A DNA stretch of 64,000 bases from Octopus bimaculoides (lineage: Eukaryota). The translations under genes and the position numbers were made by a program. The DNA is taken from assembly GCF_001194135.2 (NCBI RefSeq), contig NC_068984.1:24511768-24575767 (forward strand). The letters are read 5' to 3'. How positions within the stretch are numbered: position 1 is the first letter of the stretch; each line of letters opens with the position of its first letter. Positions 24,901 through 39,400 of this stretch are shown here, piece after piece. The notes beneath the pieces are model-generated. The model saw only the letters and a program-made list of their open reading frames with translations. It searched no databases and was not told the origin of the DNA.

Positions 24901-27900
24901 CTGTTGGTGAAATATACTGAATGTTCCAGCAAGTAAAGCATCCATGATAAAGTTTATCACTGCAGGGGTTATTCTTTTAAAGTGCATTTACCTTCTGTTT
25001 TCAATTATTTGTATGCATGTGTATTGGCTTCCCTTTTATGTATGAGGTGGTGCTGAAAAGCTCCTGGTTTTAGGTAAAAGAAAGTGCAGGAGGATCAGTT
25101 AATTATGATTTTATTCAACATATTCCCTTCTTAAATTCACACACTTAGTGCAGTGGTCCTTCAGTTTTTCTAAGGCTTGTAAAAGAACTTGGAGAATTGG
25201 GCCTCCAACCAGGCCTTTTGCGATACCCTTAAAGCCAGGAAGTTTTCAGCACCCCCTTGTAATAAACCAAACCTTCCACTACTCACCCATTGTGTTCTGG
25301 TTCCAACTTCACATTTGCAGGTTCTTCACTTCTGTTCTCCACTGTTAAAACCCCACCTTCTTTTGTTAAATTGATCTGTTCAGTTACATTTCATATTTCA
25401 GTTTTATAATGTAGTATCATGAAAAATCGGATTCATACTGTCTTCTTCCTCCTGGTTATTTGGTACTAACTTCTTCTTTTAGAGTGATCTAAACTAAAAC
25501 CTTTAATCAAACTTTCATGTTAATTTATGTTCTAAACCCCAACTTAATAGTAAAGTCATTTTACTAAATTTTTGTTTTCAAAATTAATTGAAACAAAGAC
25601 AGAAATATTGCAACAAAAAGGGTTAACTGTGTTATTTATTTACATTTCAGTTTTTGAGACAAACACTGGATCTATAGTAGCTTTACGCATTAGTAAAGAT
25701 TTTGTTCAGAAAGTGCCTGCTGGTGTTGAGTGTGGTGTCTTACTAGATTCAACAAACTTCTATGCTGAGCAGGGTGGTCAGATTTATGATGAAGGATTCA
25801 TGACCAAACAAAATGAGGTATGAAATATTTCTTTGGCTTTGGAACTTATTAAATATTCCTTTCCGTCAGTTGATATATTCTTCTTTATAGAGGTACAGAA
25901 TTTTTAAGCCACATTGTAGTCTAATCTAGAATTTATGTATGTTTCCTATGAACAAATACTATGATCTGATTTCCATTCTGGCTTATTTTCTTCACTTTCA
26001 TCAGTAATGCTTTTGAAAAAGGTATAATACATTAAGTCCATATCTGAAGCTTGCATATGTATAAGAAACTATGCTTTTAATTGTATTACATTGATAATAT
26101 AGTGTAACTAGGAGTGTCTAGTGTATTGATTCTAAATAAATATAAGGTCCTTCTGAAATGTTTAATCTTTTACAGTTTGGTTATATTGGTAAATGAAATA
26201 GGGTAATAGTTATACAAAAACTTTCCATGTGGCTGGTAGTGGGTACACGGTACTGACATTCCAAAGAGGCAGGAAAGTGCATCTGGCTTCCTCACCACCA
26301 CTGCTGGACAATTTTCATCTGCTACTGATATAGTTTTGGCTTTCTAACCACAGTGCATCCATATGAGATATTATCCCTGGATGAATACTACAGTTAATTT
26401 ACCTTTCATGATGTATCTGCACAAATGGTTATGGTTATTTTCCTAAATATTTTTTAGAAAATAGAATATAACAAACTCTGTGATATAACAATAATGATAC
26501 ATTTAAAAAATAGGAAAAATTCTAGAAGTCATCTGCCTGTATTGCACACCTCTTTGAAATTTAGACAAGTGTTTAGTTGAAATTTCTGAAGGACATAGTT
26601 TATAATATTTACATAAATTTTAGGACTAAAAATGAATGCTACCTATCAACAATTTAGTGAACTTTTCATTCTAAATGAATAGATGTTTCACAATTAAGCA
26701 TTATTAAAATTCTTTCTTAAGAACTCTATAATTTTGAAATATATAAATGGATCTGTGTAATACTTAGAAGTTGTCATGGAAATTAAACAGTTATCTAAAG
26801 TAATGCTGGAAGAAACTGGCATTTAATTTATTTATTTGTTGAATTCTTGAAACTATAAACTGAATTGTTCTTTATATGTATTAAGTCTGTCATGAGCCTA
26901 AAAAGGACTATTATGATGTAGTTTGTGCTGGATCCTGAGCTGTTTTAAACAACTGAGAGTACAAGACTACCTCTGGTGCATCATGAATTAAAGCTCAGAA
27001 ATTTAAAAATTAGACTGTCTACCATGGGGCTAGCCTAGTTCAAGACTGTGTTATATAGCAGCTGATCTGTGCTATTGACTGTGATAGAAAGCTGAATATA
27101 TCTTCCAAGTAGTGGTCAACAACCTGTGAAATAATTCATCAGGAGATCCCTACCTCTTTTCTCCAGACATCCATAGCATAGAAATAATGTTTACACTCTT
27201 ATTTCACCCACAATGAGACCTTCATCATCATCATCGTTTAACGTCCGCTTTCCATGCTAGCATGGGTTGGACGATTTGACTGAGGACTGGTGAAACCGGA
27301 TGGCAACACCAGGCTCCAATCTAAATTTGGCAGAGTTTCTACAGCTGAATGCCCTTCCTAACGCCAACCACTCAGAGAGTGTAGTAGGTGCTTTTACGTG
27401 TCACCTGCACGAAGGCCAGTCAGGCGATACTGGCAACGGCCACGCTCGAAATGGTGTCTTTTATGTGCCACCCACACAAGCCAGTCCAGGGGCACTAGCA
27501 ACGATCTCGCTCGAAAATCCTACGAAGGCCAGTCAGGCGGTACTGTCAACGGCCACGCTCNNNNNNNNNNNNNNNNNNNNNNNNNNNNNNNNNNNNNNNN
27601 NNNNNNNNNNNNNNNNNNNNNNNNNNNNNNNNNNNNNNNNNNNNNNNNNNNNNNNNNNNNNNNNNNNNNNNNNNNNNNNNNNNNNNNNNNNNNNNNNNNN
27701 NNNNNNNNNNNNNNNNNNNNNNNNNNNNNNNNNNNNNNNNNNNNNNNNNNNNNNNNNNNNNNNNNNNNNNNNNNNNNNNNNNNNNNNNNNNNNNNNNNNN
27801 NNNNNNNNNNNNNNNNNNNNNNNNNNNNNNNNNNNNNNNNNNNNNNNNNNNNNNNNNNNNNNNNNNNNNNNNNNNNNNNNNNNNNNNNNNNNNNNNNNNN

Positions 27901-30900
27901 NNNNNNNNNNNNNNNNNNNNNNNNNNNNNNNNNNNNNNNNNNNNNNNNNNNNNNNNNNNNNNNNNNNNNNNNNNNNNNNNNNNNNNNNNNNNNNNNNNNN
28001 NNNNNNNNNNNNNNNNNNNNNNNNNNNNNNNNNNNNNNNNNNNNNNNNNNNNNNNNNNNNNNNNNNNNNNNNNNNNNNNNNNNNNNNNNNNNNNNNNNNN
28101 NNNNNNNNNNNNNNNNNNNNNNNNNNNNNNNNNNNNNNNNNNNNNNNNNNNNNNNNNNNNNNNNNNNNNNNNNNNNNNNNNNNNNNNNNNNNNNNNNNNN
28201 NNNNNNNNNNNNNNNNNNNNNNNNNNNNNNNNNNNNNNNNNNNNNNNNNNNNNNNNNNNNNNNNNNNNNNNNNNNNNNNNNNNNNNNNNNNNNNNNNNNN
28301 NNNNNNNNNNNNNNNNNNNNNNNNNNNNNNNNNNNNNNNNNNNNNNNNNNNNNNNNNNNNNNNNNNNNNNNNNNNNNNNNNNNNNNNNNNNNNNNNNNNN
28401 NNNNNNNNNNNNNNNNNNNNNNNNNNNNNNNNNNNNNNNNNNNNNNNNNNNNNNNNNNNNNNNNNNNNNNNNNNNNNNNNNNNNNNNNNNNNNNNNNNNN
28501 NNNNNNNNNNNNNNNNNNGGGCCATCTACCTGAAGGGGTTTGTGTTTTATCTACCTTCCTACTTATTAGGATTTTGGTTTTAGCTAGATTGACTCTAAGG
28601 CCCTTCAATTCTAGACCTTGCTTCCACACCTGAAACTTCTCTAGTTCTGATAGTGACTCCGCAATTAAGGCAAGGTCATCAGCATAGAGGAGCTCCCAGG
28701 GGCAACCTGTCTTGGAATCCTCTGTGATTGCCTGGAGGACTATGATAAATAGGAGGGGGCTGAGGACGGAACCTTGGTGGACCCCCTACCTCTACCCGGA
28801 ATTCATTGCTGTACTCATTTCCAACCCTCACCTTACTGGCAGCATCTCTGTACATGGCTCGCACAGCTCTCACTAACCATTCTTGTAATATATAAATTGA
28901 TTTCAGTTCAGGTTTAAGTTTTGTTGTATGTAATATATGTTTATGTGTAAACGCACATGCGCCATTGTTATATTAATTGTTTATTTTAAAAAATTTGGGT
29001 GTTAATTGGATTAATATTGCTTTTTTTCAGGAAGAAGGATTTCTTGTGAAAGATGTTCAGGTGTATGGTGGCTATGTGCTACATGTTGGTGTAAGTGAAG
29101 GAGTTCTGGAAGTAGGAGATATTCTCACACAGACTATCTTTCAGGTTTGTTCAATTAGTATTTTAAGGCAAATGTCTCAAAATACACATAGTGATGGCAG
29201 TTTGAAATAACAGAGGCTGTTATGCTTGGTGTATCAAAGACCATAAGTTCAATCTATGTTATAGGTATTATATTTTAGACAAAAATGGATTACTTTATTT
29301 ACCTTAGTTTACATTAACTTTTCAAATGTTTCATGATAAAGAACATATTCAAATTTCTGAATGTGTTTGCCTGCTCAGTCCAGAGTAGCTTGCCTAAAAT
29401 AGTTTCCTTATGAACATTTAGGTATACAAACCAGAGGAAAAAAATTCCATGTATATTTTAGAGTTTAGTTATTCATTTAAAGCTGATGATTTATTCTGTT
29501 GCTACTTCAAGTTTCTTGCTTACATGTGTTCTTTCATGCTACATCATTAAATTTGATATCTAGTTTTTTTGCTTTTTTTTTGGAGGGGGACAGGAGATGA
29601 TATCTAAGTCAAATATGATAATGAAATGCTTCTAAAACAGGTTTAAATTTTCTCATGTCAATTCATACTAGGCTTGAGCAAATAACTGAGGAGTATGATA
29701 AGAGCAGCTGCTTCTGTATATGCTGACAGATAATTTTTATTTGAAGCATCTGTCTATATTAAATCTTATTCCATTCCTGTACAGTCTCTTACTCTATTAT
29801 TCAGTCTCGTCGAGAAGCTATAATGAAGAATCATACTGGAACACACATGTTAAATTTTGGTCTACGACAAGTTCTCAATGAAGCAGATCAGAAAGGTTCT
29901 TTAGTTGCTCCTGATCGTCTTCGTTTTGATTTCACTGCAAAGGTTAGTTTATTTAATCCTCTCTTTTCTCTTTCGTTCTTTTTTTTTTTTTCAAGCTAAG
30001 TTTAAAGAAACTGGTATTTTAAACACAAAAGCCATTACATTAATCTTGTGTATTTGATATATATTGTTCCTAACTATTTCGTTTTTGTATTTTGCTTGCA
30101 GTTCTCTTGATGTGAACTCAGGTGTTGAAACATATTTTGTTGTATCTCAGGGTCATTATGTCAATAATAAACTCACACACAAACACACTGTTTCTTTTTC
30201 ACTTATCTCTTTATTTATCAATTGGTTAACCAATTGACAAATAAAGAGATAAAGAAGTGAAAGAGAACCAGTGTATATGTGTGTTTATTATTAGCATAAT
30301 GTCCCTACCAAGATACAACAAAAATTTTATTATATATTTTTAATTAGAAATTGTTGGCTAATTATCTTCACAGTTTCCATTATCCAGGCTTTGTGTAATT
30401 TGAATGAGTCTTTTGTGTTACTCATGAGAGAATTATATTTATTAAAAAAAAAACTAAAGGATACTTCATCTAGTATATGAATGCTGAATTAAAATAAATT
30501 AAATGAAAATCCATTTCAGATTCATAATTAACAAAAAAATATGTAAAATTTTCATTAACATTAATCTGCTGTGATCTACAACATTGATCCTGAAAACAAT
30601 ATGGCCATCACTGATTACTAAGCTGTGCAAGCCTGGTATAGATTATATCAGCTAAGCAACTTTCTGCACAAATACTTAATTGATTCCCCAAAACAAGGTG
30701 AAAGATATGATGCTTACAGATTTTCTGTTTCTTTATGATTTTAGGGAGCTATGACTGTTGAACAGGTGAAGAAGACAGAAGAATGTGTAAATAAGCTGGC
30801 TACTGAAAAGCAATTAGTTTATGCAAAAGAAGCAGCCCTTCCAGTTGCTAAATCTATTAAAGGATTACGTGCCATGTTTGATGAGGTAAACAAAAATTAA

Positions 30901-33900
30901 TCAGTATGATTCTTCATTATTTTTAATTCTATTTCATATATGATTAATTCAGAGGAATTAATCCCATACATTCAGCTTCTCTAATGAGCCCAGTCACTTG
31001 CACTTGAATAATTTTTTGTGTTAGGAATAATATAGGATAGCTTATAGTTTGTCATAATGATACGCTTCTACCATATTGTTGTTGTTTAACCCCGAGTTAT
31101 CTCTGATCCTGCACACTTATGATCACATACATTCCAGCCTTGATCAAATAATCATTCTTGGATAATATAATTTTGTATCTTATTTTGTTTATCTTTTGAT
31201 TGTTTCAGTCATTGGACTGTGGCCATGCTGGGGCACAATCTTGAAGGATTTAGTCAAACAAATTGACCCCAGTACCTATATTTTTCTTAGGTCTGGTCTT
31301 TTTTCTGTTGGTTTTCTTTTACAGACACTAGATGTGTCTCTAAGACTTTGAATTAGTCAAAGGCCAAACAAAATATTTTGCAATATTAAAATAAGTACCA
31401 AAATGAAGGCCAATAGAGTTGGCTGTTCCTTCCCCATCAAAATTTTTGGCTTTGTACCTCTGTAAGAAACGAATATTTAATTAGGTCCCATTTTTTTTTA
31501 TTAGATATGGTTTCAATGATGCAGAGTTTATTTCCTTTGAAATATAAGATGTAATGTCTTTAATAATGTGGAAGTTATGGTGCAAGTATGATTTATATAG
31601 TTAATAAATCCTTTTTGTAAGTACATTGTTTTAGGCTCAATCTCACCGTTTGACACTTTGGGCAGGTGTTTTCTATCATAGCTTTGGATTGAAATTAAGT
31701 AGTTAGAAACTGTGTAGAAGCCTCTCAAAAGGAACTTCCTGTTCTTGGATAGCAAACTTCATCTATCACCCAGTTCAACACCACCACATGGTCTTGGGTA
31801 CTTTAGCAGAGTCCACACATTTGGCATCAGATCTCAATTCTGATTCTAACTTCCCCCATTTCATTGGCTCCTAGTCTCACAGACCCTAATAAAGGTAATG
31901 AGTGCTGCCCTTCCTCTTCTGTCTCAGTCACCATCATAATCATCACCATTTTATGTTTGCTTTCTATGCTGGCAGCAGTTGAACAGGTCCTTACAGTTCA
32001 AGTTGTTATTCAAAGTTACTATCCTCCTGGATGAGCTGAGGCTCCACATTTTGCTCATATGTTTAAATTATAGCATGGCCTCCATGGTTTCTTTGGTTGG
32101 CTGCTCTTCCTAATATACGACACCTTACACTGTGTACTGGGTGCATTTTATTATGCTGAACTTTTGAGCCAATGTTGGGTTCTTTCAACCCTAAAAAAGT
32201 ATATTAATCAACGTTTTTTTTTCATTCTCCACATTTTGTTTACAGGTATACCCTGATCCTGTACGAATTGTATCAATTGGAATTCCGGTTGAAGATCTTG
32301 TCAAAGACCCTTTGGGATCTGGTGGTAATACTAATTCAGTTGAATTCTGTGGTGGCACGTAAGTATTAGCCAACTCATTAGACTCTTTTGCTATCAGAAA
32401 GTTATGATTTGAAATATTAACTTTTTTTATTTTTTTCTCTTCATTTATTGATGCTTTTTATTATTAATTAACCTTTATTGATCATTGCAGTCATTTAAAA
32501 AGCTCTGACCATATAGGTGGTATGGTCATTGTATCAGAAGAGGCAATTGCGAAAGGAATTCGTAGAATCATTGCTGTTACAGGGAATGAAGCTGAAAAGG
32601 TGAGTTTCTTTTCTTTCTCCTCCTTCAAATGTCAGTTTCCATGATTTTCCTTGTATCTAATGTGTAATGTATCCTATTTCTGAGAATATCTCAAATGTTT
32701 TATTCAAATGTTTTCCTGTATTAGAAGCAATGAATTCTCATATGAGCATGTGACTGGCTGCAAGTACGTGACATTGAAAAAGACCAAAAAGGCTGAAAAG
32801 CATCTGACGTTCTCATTAGCCACTGCTGAGATGAATTTTCATCTCTCTCTCTCTCTCTCTCTCTGATATTTATTGGCTATAAGACGTGTTATCTCAGGAG
32901 AAATATTGCAGCAACTAGCCTATCAACAGTGTGTATACATTAAATAGATACACAGATGGCTATATACATATATATTTTTTTTGTTTCAATCACTCTTATT
33001 TTTTGAGAATAATCTGATATCCATCTATCCTGTGATATCTGTTTATTGTTATTCTAATTATACTAAAACTTTTATCTTACCTCTCTGTTATCTTATTACT
33101 TTTTCAGAGGTCTTTATTTAGTATTCATTTTGCCTCATTGTGTCTGTGCTAGTGTGATTGTTTCCTTTGTTGTCTTAGAAGGGCTACAGAACACAGCAAC
33201 CTTCTCCAGTTCACTGACATGTTAACTTAAAATAAATGATACACATGCATACTAAAGAATGAGTTATAGTAAGGACATAAAATAATTAGCTACAGTTACA
33301 TACTGCCGAAGACCTCAACCAAAATAGAAAAATTAAGAAACACAATAGAAAATTTGTAGTTCTTCCCAATAGCCAAAACCATAGTGGTTTGACTGAACTA
33401 AAAGAACTTGGTTATATCAAACAAAACTTTACAATTATGTGCTTTCTTGACCCTGAACTTTTCCCAAGTTCATATTGCATGTCTAGCTAGCTACATTCCT
33501 CTCCATATGCTGTTGATCCATTGACTTTACCACATGCATTTCATTTCTGTTACACTCTTCTACTTCTAATACACATATTATATGACTTGTGTAGAAGGGA
33601 ACTTTTTACTTTTAAATTATACATTCATTCCTCCTCTAAATGCTTGTTTTTTAGAAATATTAAATTAAAAATTTTGTTTTTGTTTTTAATTCTTTGCTAA
33701 TCTAAAAGTTTTAAAATATTTCTTACCAGGCACTACATCGCGCATCAGTATTTGAGAAGGATGTTGAAGAGTTGTTTAACAAAGTCAACAGTCCAGATTG
33801 TAATGATAGACAGGTGTCTAAAGATATCATTCATGTTGATGAAGTAAGTGATTAATTTTAACATTAGAATCATAACAACCACTACCATCACTATCATCAT

Positions 33901-36392
33901 GGTACACAGCACTCAGCTGGTACCTGAGAGATACAGGGTTCGATTCTCTGTAGCCACATGCTGGCAACTTTTTATCAAGGTGGTGCTCCAGCATGGCCGC
34001 AGTCTAATGACTGAAAGAAGTAAAAAAAAAACAAAAGTAAAAGTAAAATAACAAAATAGTGAAGACAGATAACTTCTTACAATGCAAAAAAGGAATAATT
34101 TAATTACCTTTATGAAAACAAATTAGTTACCTTTCAAAAAAAAAAAAAATGACCATCCGAAAAACAATATCTGTTTCAACACACAACTTCACATCAGGAA
34201 TCTTGCACCACAAATTCATACCTTTATATGTTTTAAGCACAAAGCCTCATCATCAGACGTGAACAGAGTAAAGACATGTGAGTCTATATAGTTTCAGCCA
34301 TGTTGATTGTTGTGCAGACATTCATCATCATCATCGTCGTTTAACGTCCACTTTCCATGCTAGCCTGGGTTGCACGATTTGACTGAGGACTGGTGAACCA
34401 GATGGCTACACCAGGCTCCAATCTGATTTGGCAGAGTTTCTACAACTGGATGCCCTTCCTAACGCCAACCACTCCGAGAGTGTAGTAGGTGCTTTTACGT
34501 GTCACTGGCACGAAGGCCAGTCGGGCGGTACTGGCAATGGCCACGCTCAAAATGGTGTATTTTATGTGCCACCTGCACAGGAGCCAGTTCGGCGGCACTG
34601 GCAACGATCTCACTCGAATGTCTTTACATGTGCCATCTAGTACAAGTGCCAGGAAGGCGATGCTGAGCATAGGTGCCATTGACGGTTTCGACCCTAGAAT
34701 ATCCATGTAAGTGGTGGTGGCAGCAATGGGATAATATAGTAGCAGCAGCCATTCCCCAAATAGTGCTGGCTGTGACCTCAGAGGTCATAGTGGGAGCAGC
34801 ATTGGATGGCTAGCTGTTGGCTAGCAGCAGTTGTGATGTGGATTGCCAAGATTGATAGAAAGGCAGAAAAAAATGCCTTCTGGCATTTAGTTATGTTCCT
34901 TTACATTCTGATTTCAAATCTCACCAAAGTCACTTCTAATTTTCATCTTTCTGGGGTCTATCTAATCAGTCATACCCCTCCATAACTTTTGAGGCAATAT
35001 CAACAATATCATGAGTATTACCGCCATAATCATTGTTGACATTATTGTTGTTGCTAATACCACAACCATCATCATCATCACTATTATACCAACATTGCAA
35101 TCCCCACAGATGTCACCACAATCATTATTTAATTCTGTAATCATTGTCATTATTACCTTTCATTATTATCATCATCATCATCATCATCATCAGTATTATT
35201 ACTTTCATTGTTACTAATCATCCCATTAGGGCGACGAGTTGGCAGAATGGTTAGCATGCTGGGCAAACTGCTTAGTGGCATGTCATCTATTTTTACATTC
35301 TGAGTTCAAATTCTACCAAGGTCGACTTTGTCTTTTATCCTTTTGGGGTTAATAAAATAAGTATCAGTTGAGAACTGGGGTCAGTGCAATCAACTTACCC
35401 CCTCCCCTGAAATTGCTGGCCTTGTGCCAAAATTTGAAACCATTACTAATCATCCCATTAACATGTTTTCTCTTCACTTGTTCACTCAATGTCAGTTTTT
35501 CTATTATAACGGGTTGGATGGGGGCTTATTTGAAGCAGCATTTCAGTTTCCATCTACCAAATCCACACACAAGGCTTTGATCGGCCTCAGGCTATCGTAG
35601 AAGACACTTGCCGAAAGTGCCACACAGTGGCACTGAACCCAGAACCATGTGGTTGGTAAACAAGGTACTTGCCACACAGCCACTCCTGCACCTTTCTCTT
35701 TGACCAAAACAGTTTAGTTTATCCATTCTCATGCTCATTTCCATTATCCCTTATTAGTTGCACCTATCTACTTTCTTGTTGGATTGTTTCTTTTTCTCTT
35801 CAGTTTCCCCTCTTTATCTATTACTAGAGTATCACTCAATCTGGTATTAGTCACTGGAAACGAGACCAGCTGCGTGCTAAGCTAAAAGAGATCAAGAAAG
35901 TTTTAGACAACCGAGATAAGGCCCGAAAAGCTGCCATTCTTAATGAGGTAACACGTTCTATTTCCATCATTTTGAACATCACGACTGTTTAACTCTTTTG
36001 TGACCATATTCTTTACACTGTGTAGATGTTGCAATTAATGTTGAAAATACTGAAGAATTTGAAATTATTTTAGTAAAACAACTTTTTCATTATTATTTTT
36101 GTTGTTTAGAACAGAGCTGAATAAAGAATTTTTAAATATAAACACTTTAAAACAAAAATTTTTGTATGACAGACCAGAGCTAATCAATTGGTATTGAAAA
36201 GTTTAATTAATTCTAGCTTCAGACAGACTAAAATAGATTGATTCAAAGCACAAAACTTGTCTGTAACTCTTAATTTTCTGGAGTCTGCTCCTAAATTTAT
36301 GAACATTTCTTTATATTAACAAGATTGGAGAAGCCATTATCTCTGACTGAAGTTTGCAAAACATGGCAAAGGCATGAAATAGTATGTTTTAT

Positions 36393-36434
<42 letters not shown>

Positions 36435-39400
36435 TGTATAATATATAGTTTATAGGTTAGAGACAGGTGTTCTCTATATAGAATACACTTTGAAGTGCTG
36501 AAGAGATATGAACTTGAGTGGGATAGATGAGTAAGTGTAATGAAAAGCAAGTTAGGCAAGTTGATTTACTCAGAATATTAAATACATTTAATAGAAAAAT
36601 ATATCCATGTGTATGGATATAAATTAGTCTCACTTACAGACAATAAATGATATCATGAGTTAAATGGGTAGAGTTTATAAGATGCTAGTGTATCACAAAT
36701 GGTATTCTCTGATGGTATTGTACTTACATGAAAGCATGAGGCTTAGTGGTTAGAGTGTTGCACTCAACATTGCAAAGTCTTGATTTTGATTCCTGGATCA
36801 GGCGGTTCTTGAGCAAAGCACTTCATTTCACATTGTTTCAGTCCATTCTGCTATAAACAAATAACTCTGTGATGGACTGGCATTCCATTGAAGGGGGATG
36901 TAGTGGCCTCAGTCACTTGTACATTGTGGGAACTGGGTTATTGACCCTATGAGTCTGAAGACTCAGCACAATAATGTTTCCGGAAACAGCTGTTGGACTC
37001 ATAAAAACTCTACCCATTTAACTCCTGATATCATTAATATTCTGTAGGTGAGACTATTTTATATCCATACACATGTACATTTTTTTCTATTAAATGTATT
37101 TAATATTTTGTGTAAATCAACTGGCCTAAGTTGCTTGTCATTACATTTACTCACATATAATATATGTATGTATGGATGTTATATAACTTTCCCATGCTGG
37201 CAAAAATTAGATAAGTCAAAGTCCACTGATATTAGTATATACACATAATACTACAAAAAAAAAAAAGCCTCTTAAGAGTATAGATAGTTGTGTATAAAAG
37301 TAATTAAGACAAGACTTTCATAAAGTTGCAGCAGTTTAACTCTTTATCTTAATTTAGGTTGGATTATTTTCTATTTCCAGGTTGTTGAAGAAACCAAACA
37401 GATGATTGCAAAGAATCCAGACCAACATGTGATTATTCATCAGTTTAAACCTGGTTCTAATGCAAAAGTGAGATATTGATACTTATTTTATTTTTTTTTG
37501 TTCATATATACACATATAAATAAAAGAAATTTCACTATTTTTACACAATTACTGGTTCATATCTAAATATATAGATAGTCATTAGCCCACCTATTCTACA
37601 TGCATGCAACCACATGCATGGTTGCTCAGTCTGCTTGAAATAGCAGTCAAGTTTTATGCAACTCACATTGTTCACATCTTGAAAAAGGAAGGACACATTG
37701 AACATTGTTGTCAAAAATACACAAAATGTCAAGATAGTTATAGCTGGAACTTATTTTGATCATAGGTTTGCCTGATCAGGGCTGACCTGGGGCTAAACAA
37801 CAAAAACAGCAGCAAACAACAGGAATCCACTTTATAAACAACTGGTCCATGGACAACAGAATCTCCAAATGTCAGTACTTAATTTTGGATTCTGTCATAT
37901 TCAAAAGCCAAGAGATAAATCTATGTGTTTATAAGATGCTAGTGTATCACAGTGGAGGCGCAATGGCCCAGTAATTAGGGCAGCGGACTCGCGGTCATAG
38001 GATCGTGGTTTCGATTCCCAGACCGGGCGTTGTGAGTGTTTATTGAGCGAAAACACCTAAAACTCCACGAGACTCCGGCAGGGGATGGTGGCGAACCCTG
38101 CTGTACTCTTTCACCACAACTTTCTCTCACTCTTACTTCCTGTTTCTGTTATGCCTGTAATTCAAAGGGTCAGCCTTGTCACACTGTGTCATGCTGAATA
38201 CCCTCGAGAACTATGTTAAGGGTACACGTGTCTGTGGAGTGCTCAGCCACTTGCACGTTAATTTCATGAGCAGGCTGTTCTGTTGATCGGATCAACTGGA
38301 ACCCTCGACGTCGTAAGCGACGGAGTGCCAACAACAACAAGTGTATCACAAATGGTATTCTCTGATGGTATTGTACTTACATGAAAGCATGAGGTTTAGT
38401 GGTTAAAGTGTTGCACTCAACATTGCAAGGTCTTGATTTTGATTCCTGGATCAGGTGGTTCTTCAGCAAAGCACTTCATTTCACATTGTTCCAGTCCATT
38501 CTGCTATAAACAAGTATCCCTGTGATGTCCAGGGGTTGATGGTGATTATACAGGATTAAAATGTCCTAACCAGAGATGCAACAAAAAAGCCAAGGCTGTA
38601 AATGAACTTAATAGCCATGAAATGGTTGTTTAAAACTGGACCTACTTGGCCAGCTCTTGCACACATTAATATAAACTTCCTCAGTTGTAAAGTCGATTTA
38701 CATGCAGACACAAGTCTAGATTACTTGACAGTGATACAGTTTAGTTTCTTCAAATCTTCAGTTCAGTTCTATTTATTCTTTATATTCTCTTCAGGCATTG
38801 GATTCTGCTGTAAAACAATACAAGTCTCTGAGTCCGCAAACTGCAGTCTTATTTTTTGCTGTTGATGCTGGAAAATTATTGTGTATGAGTTATGTTCCTA
38901 AGGTGCGTATCTGTTTTATTATTATTTAAAGCTATTATATGCTATATTAGATAGCAGAGATGTTGTTTTAAGGTTTTGTCGCAACAAGTCTCCTCAAATG
39001 TTGAGAATCTTTCTTATGATTCTTATTTATGTATTGCCCACAAGGGGCTTATAGAGGGGACAAACAAGGAAAGACAAAGGAATTAAGTCAATTACATCGA
39101 CCCCAGTGCGTAACTGGTACTTAATTTATCAACCCCGATTGGATGAAAGGCAAAGTCGACGTCGGCGGAATTTGAACTCAGAACGTAAAGACAGACGAAA
39201 TACCGCTAAGCATTTCACCCGGTGTGCTAACGTTTCTGCCAGTTCGCCGCCTTTCTTAGGTTTCTTGCAGAATGCAGGATTGAACTTTTCTGCAGGTTGA
39301 CAATGTCAGTCTCAATTCCAAAATCCTCTGCCACTTAGGTAGCAGTTTGAGTGATATGCCAAGAGAACCAGTTGCCACAAGAATAATTGTAATCTTAGTC

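Noticed and set aside
37952-38030. tRNA-like sequence with A and B boxes
   Set aside because: It is the head of a SINE with a body, tail and TSD, and has no complete acceptor stem.
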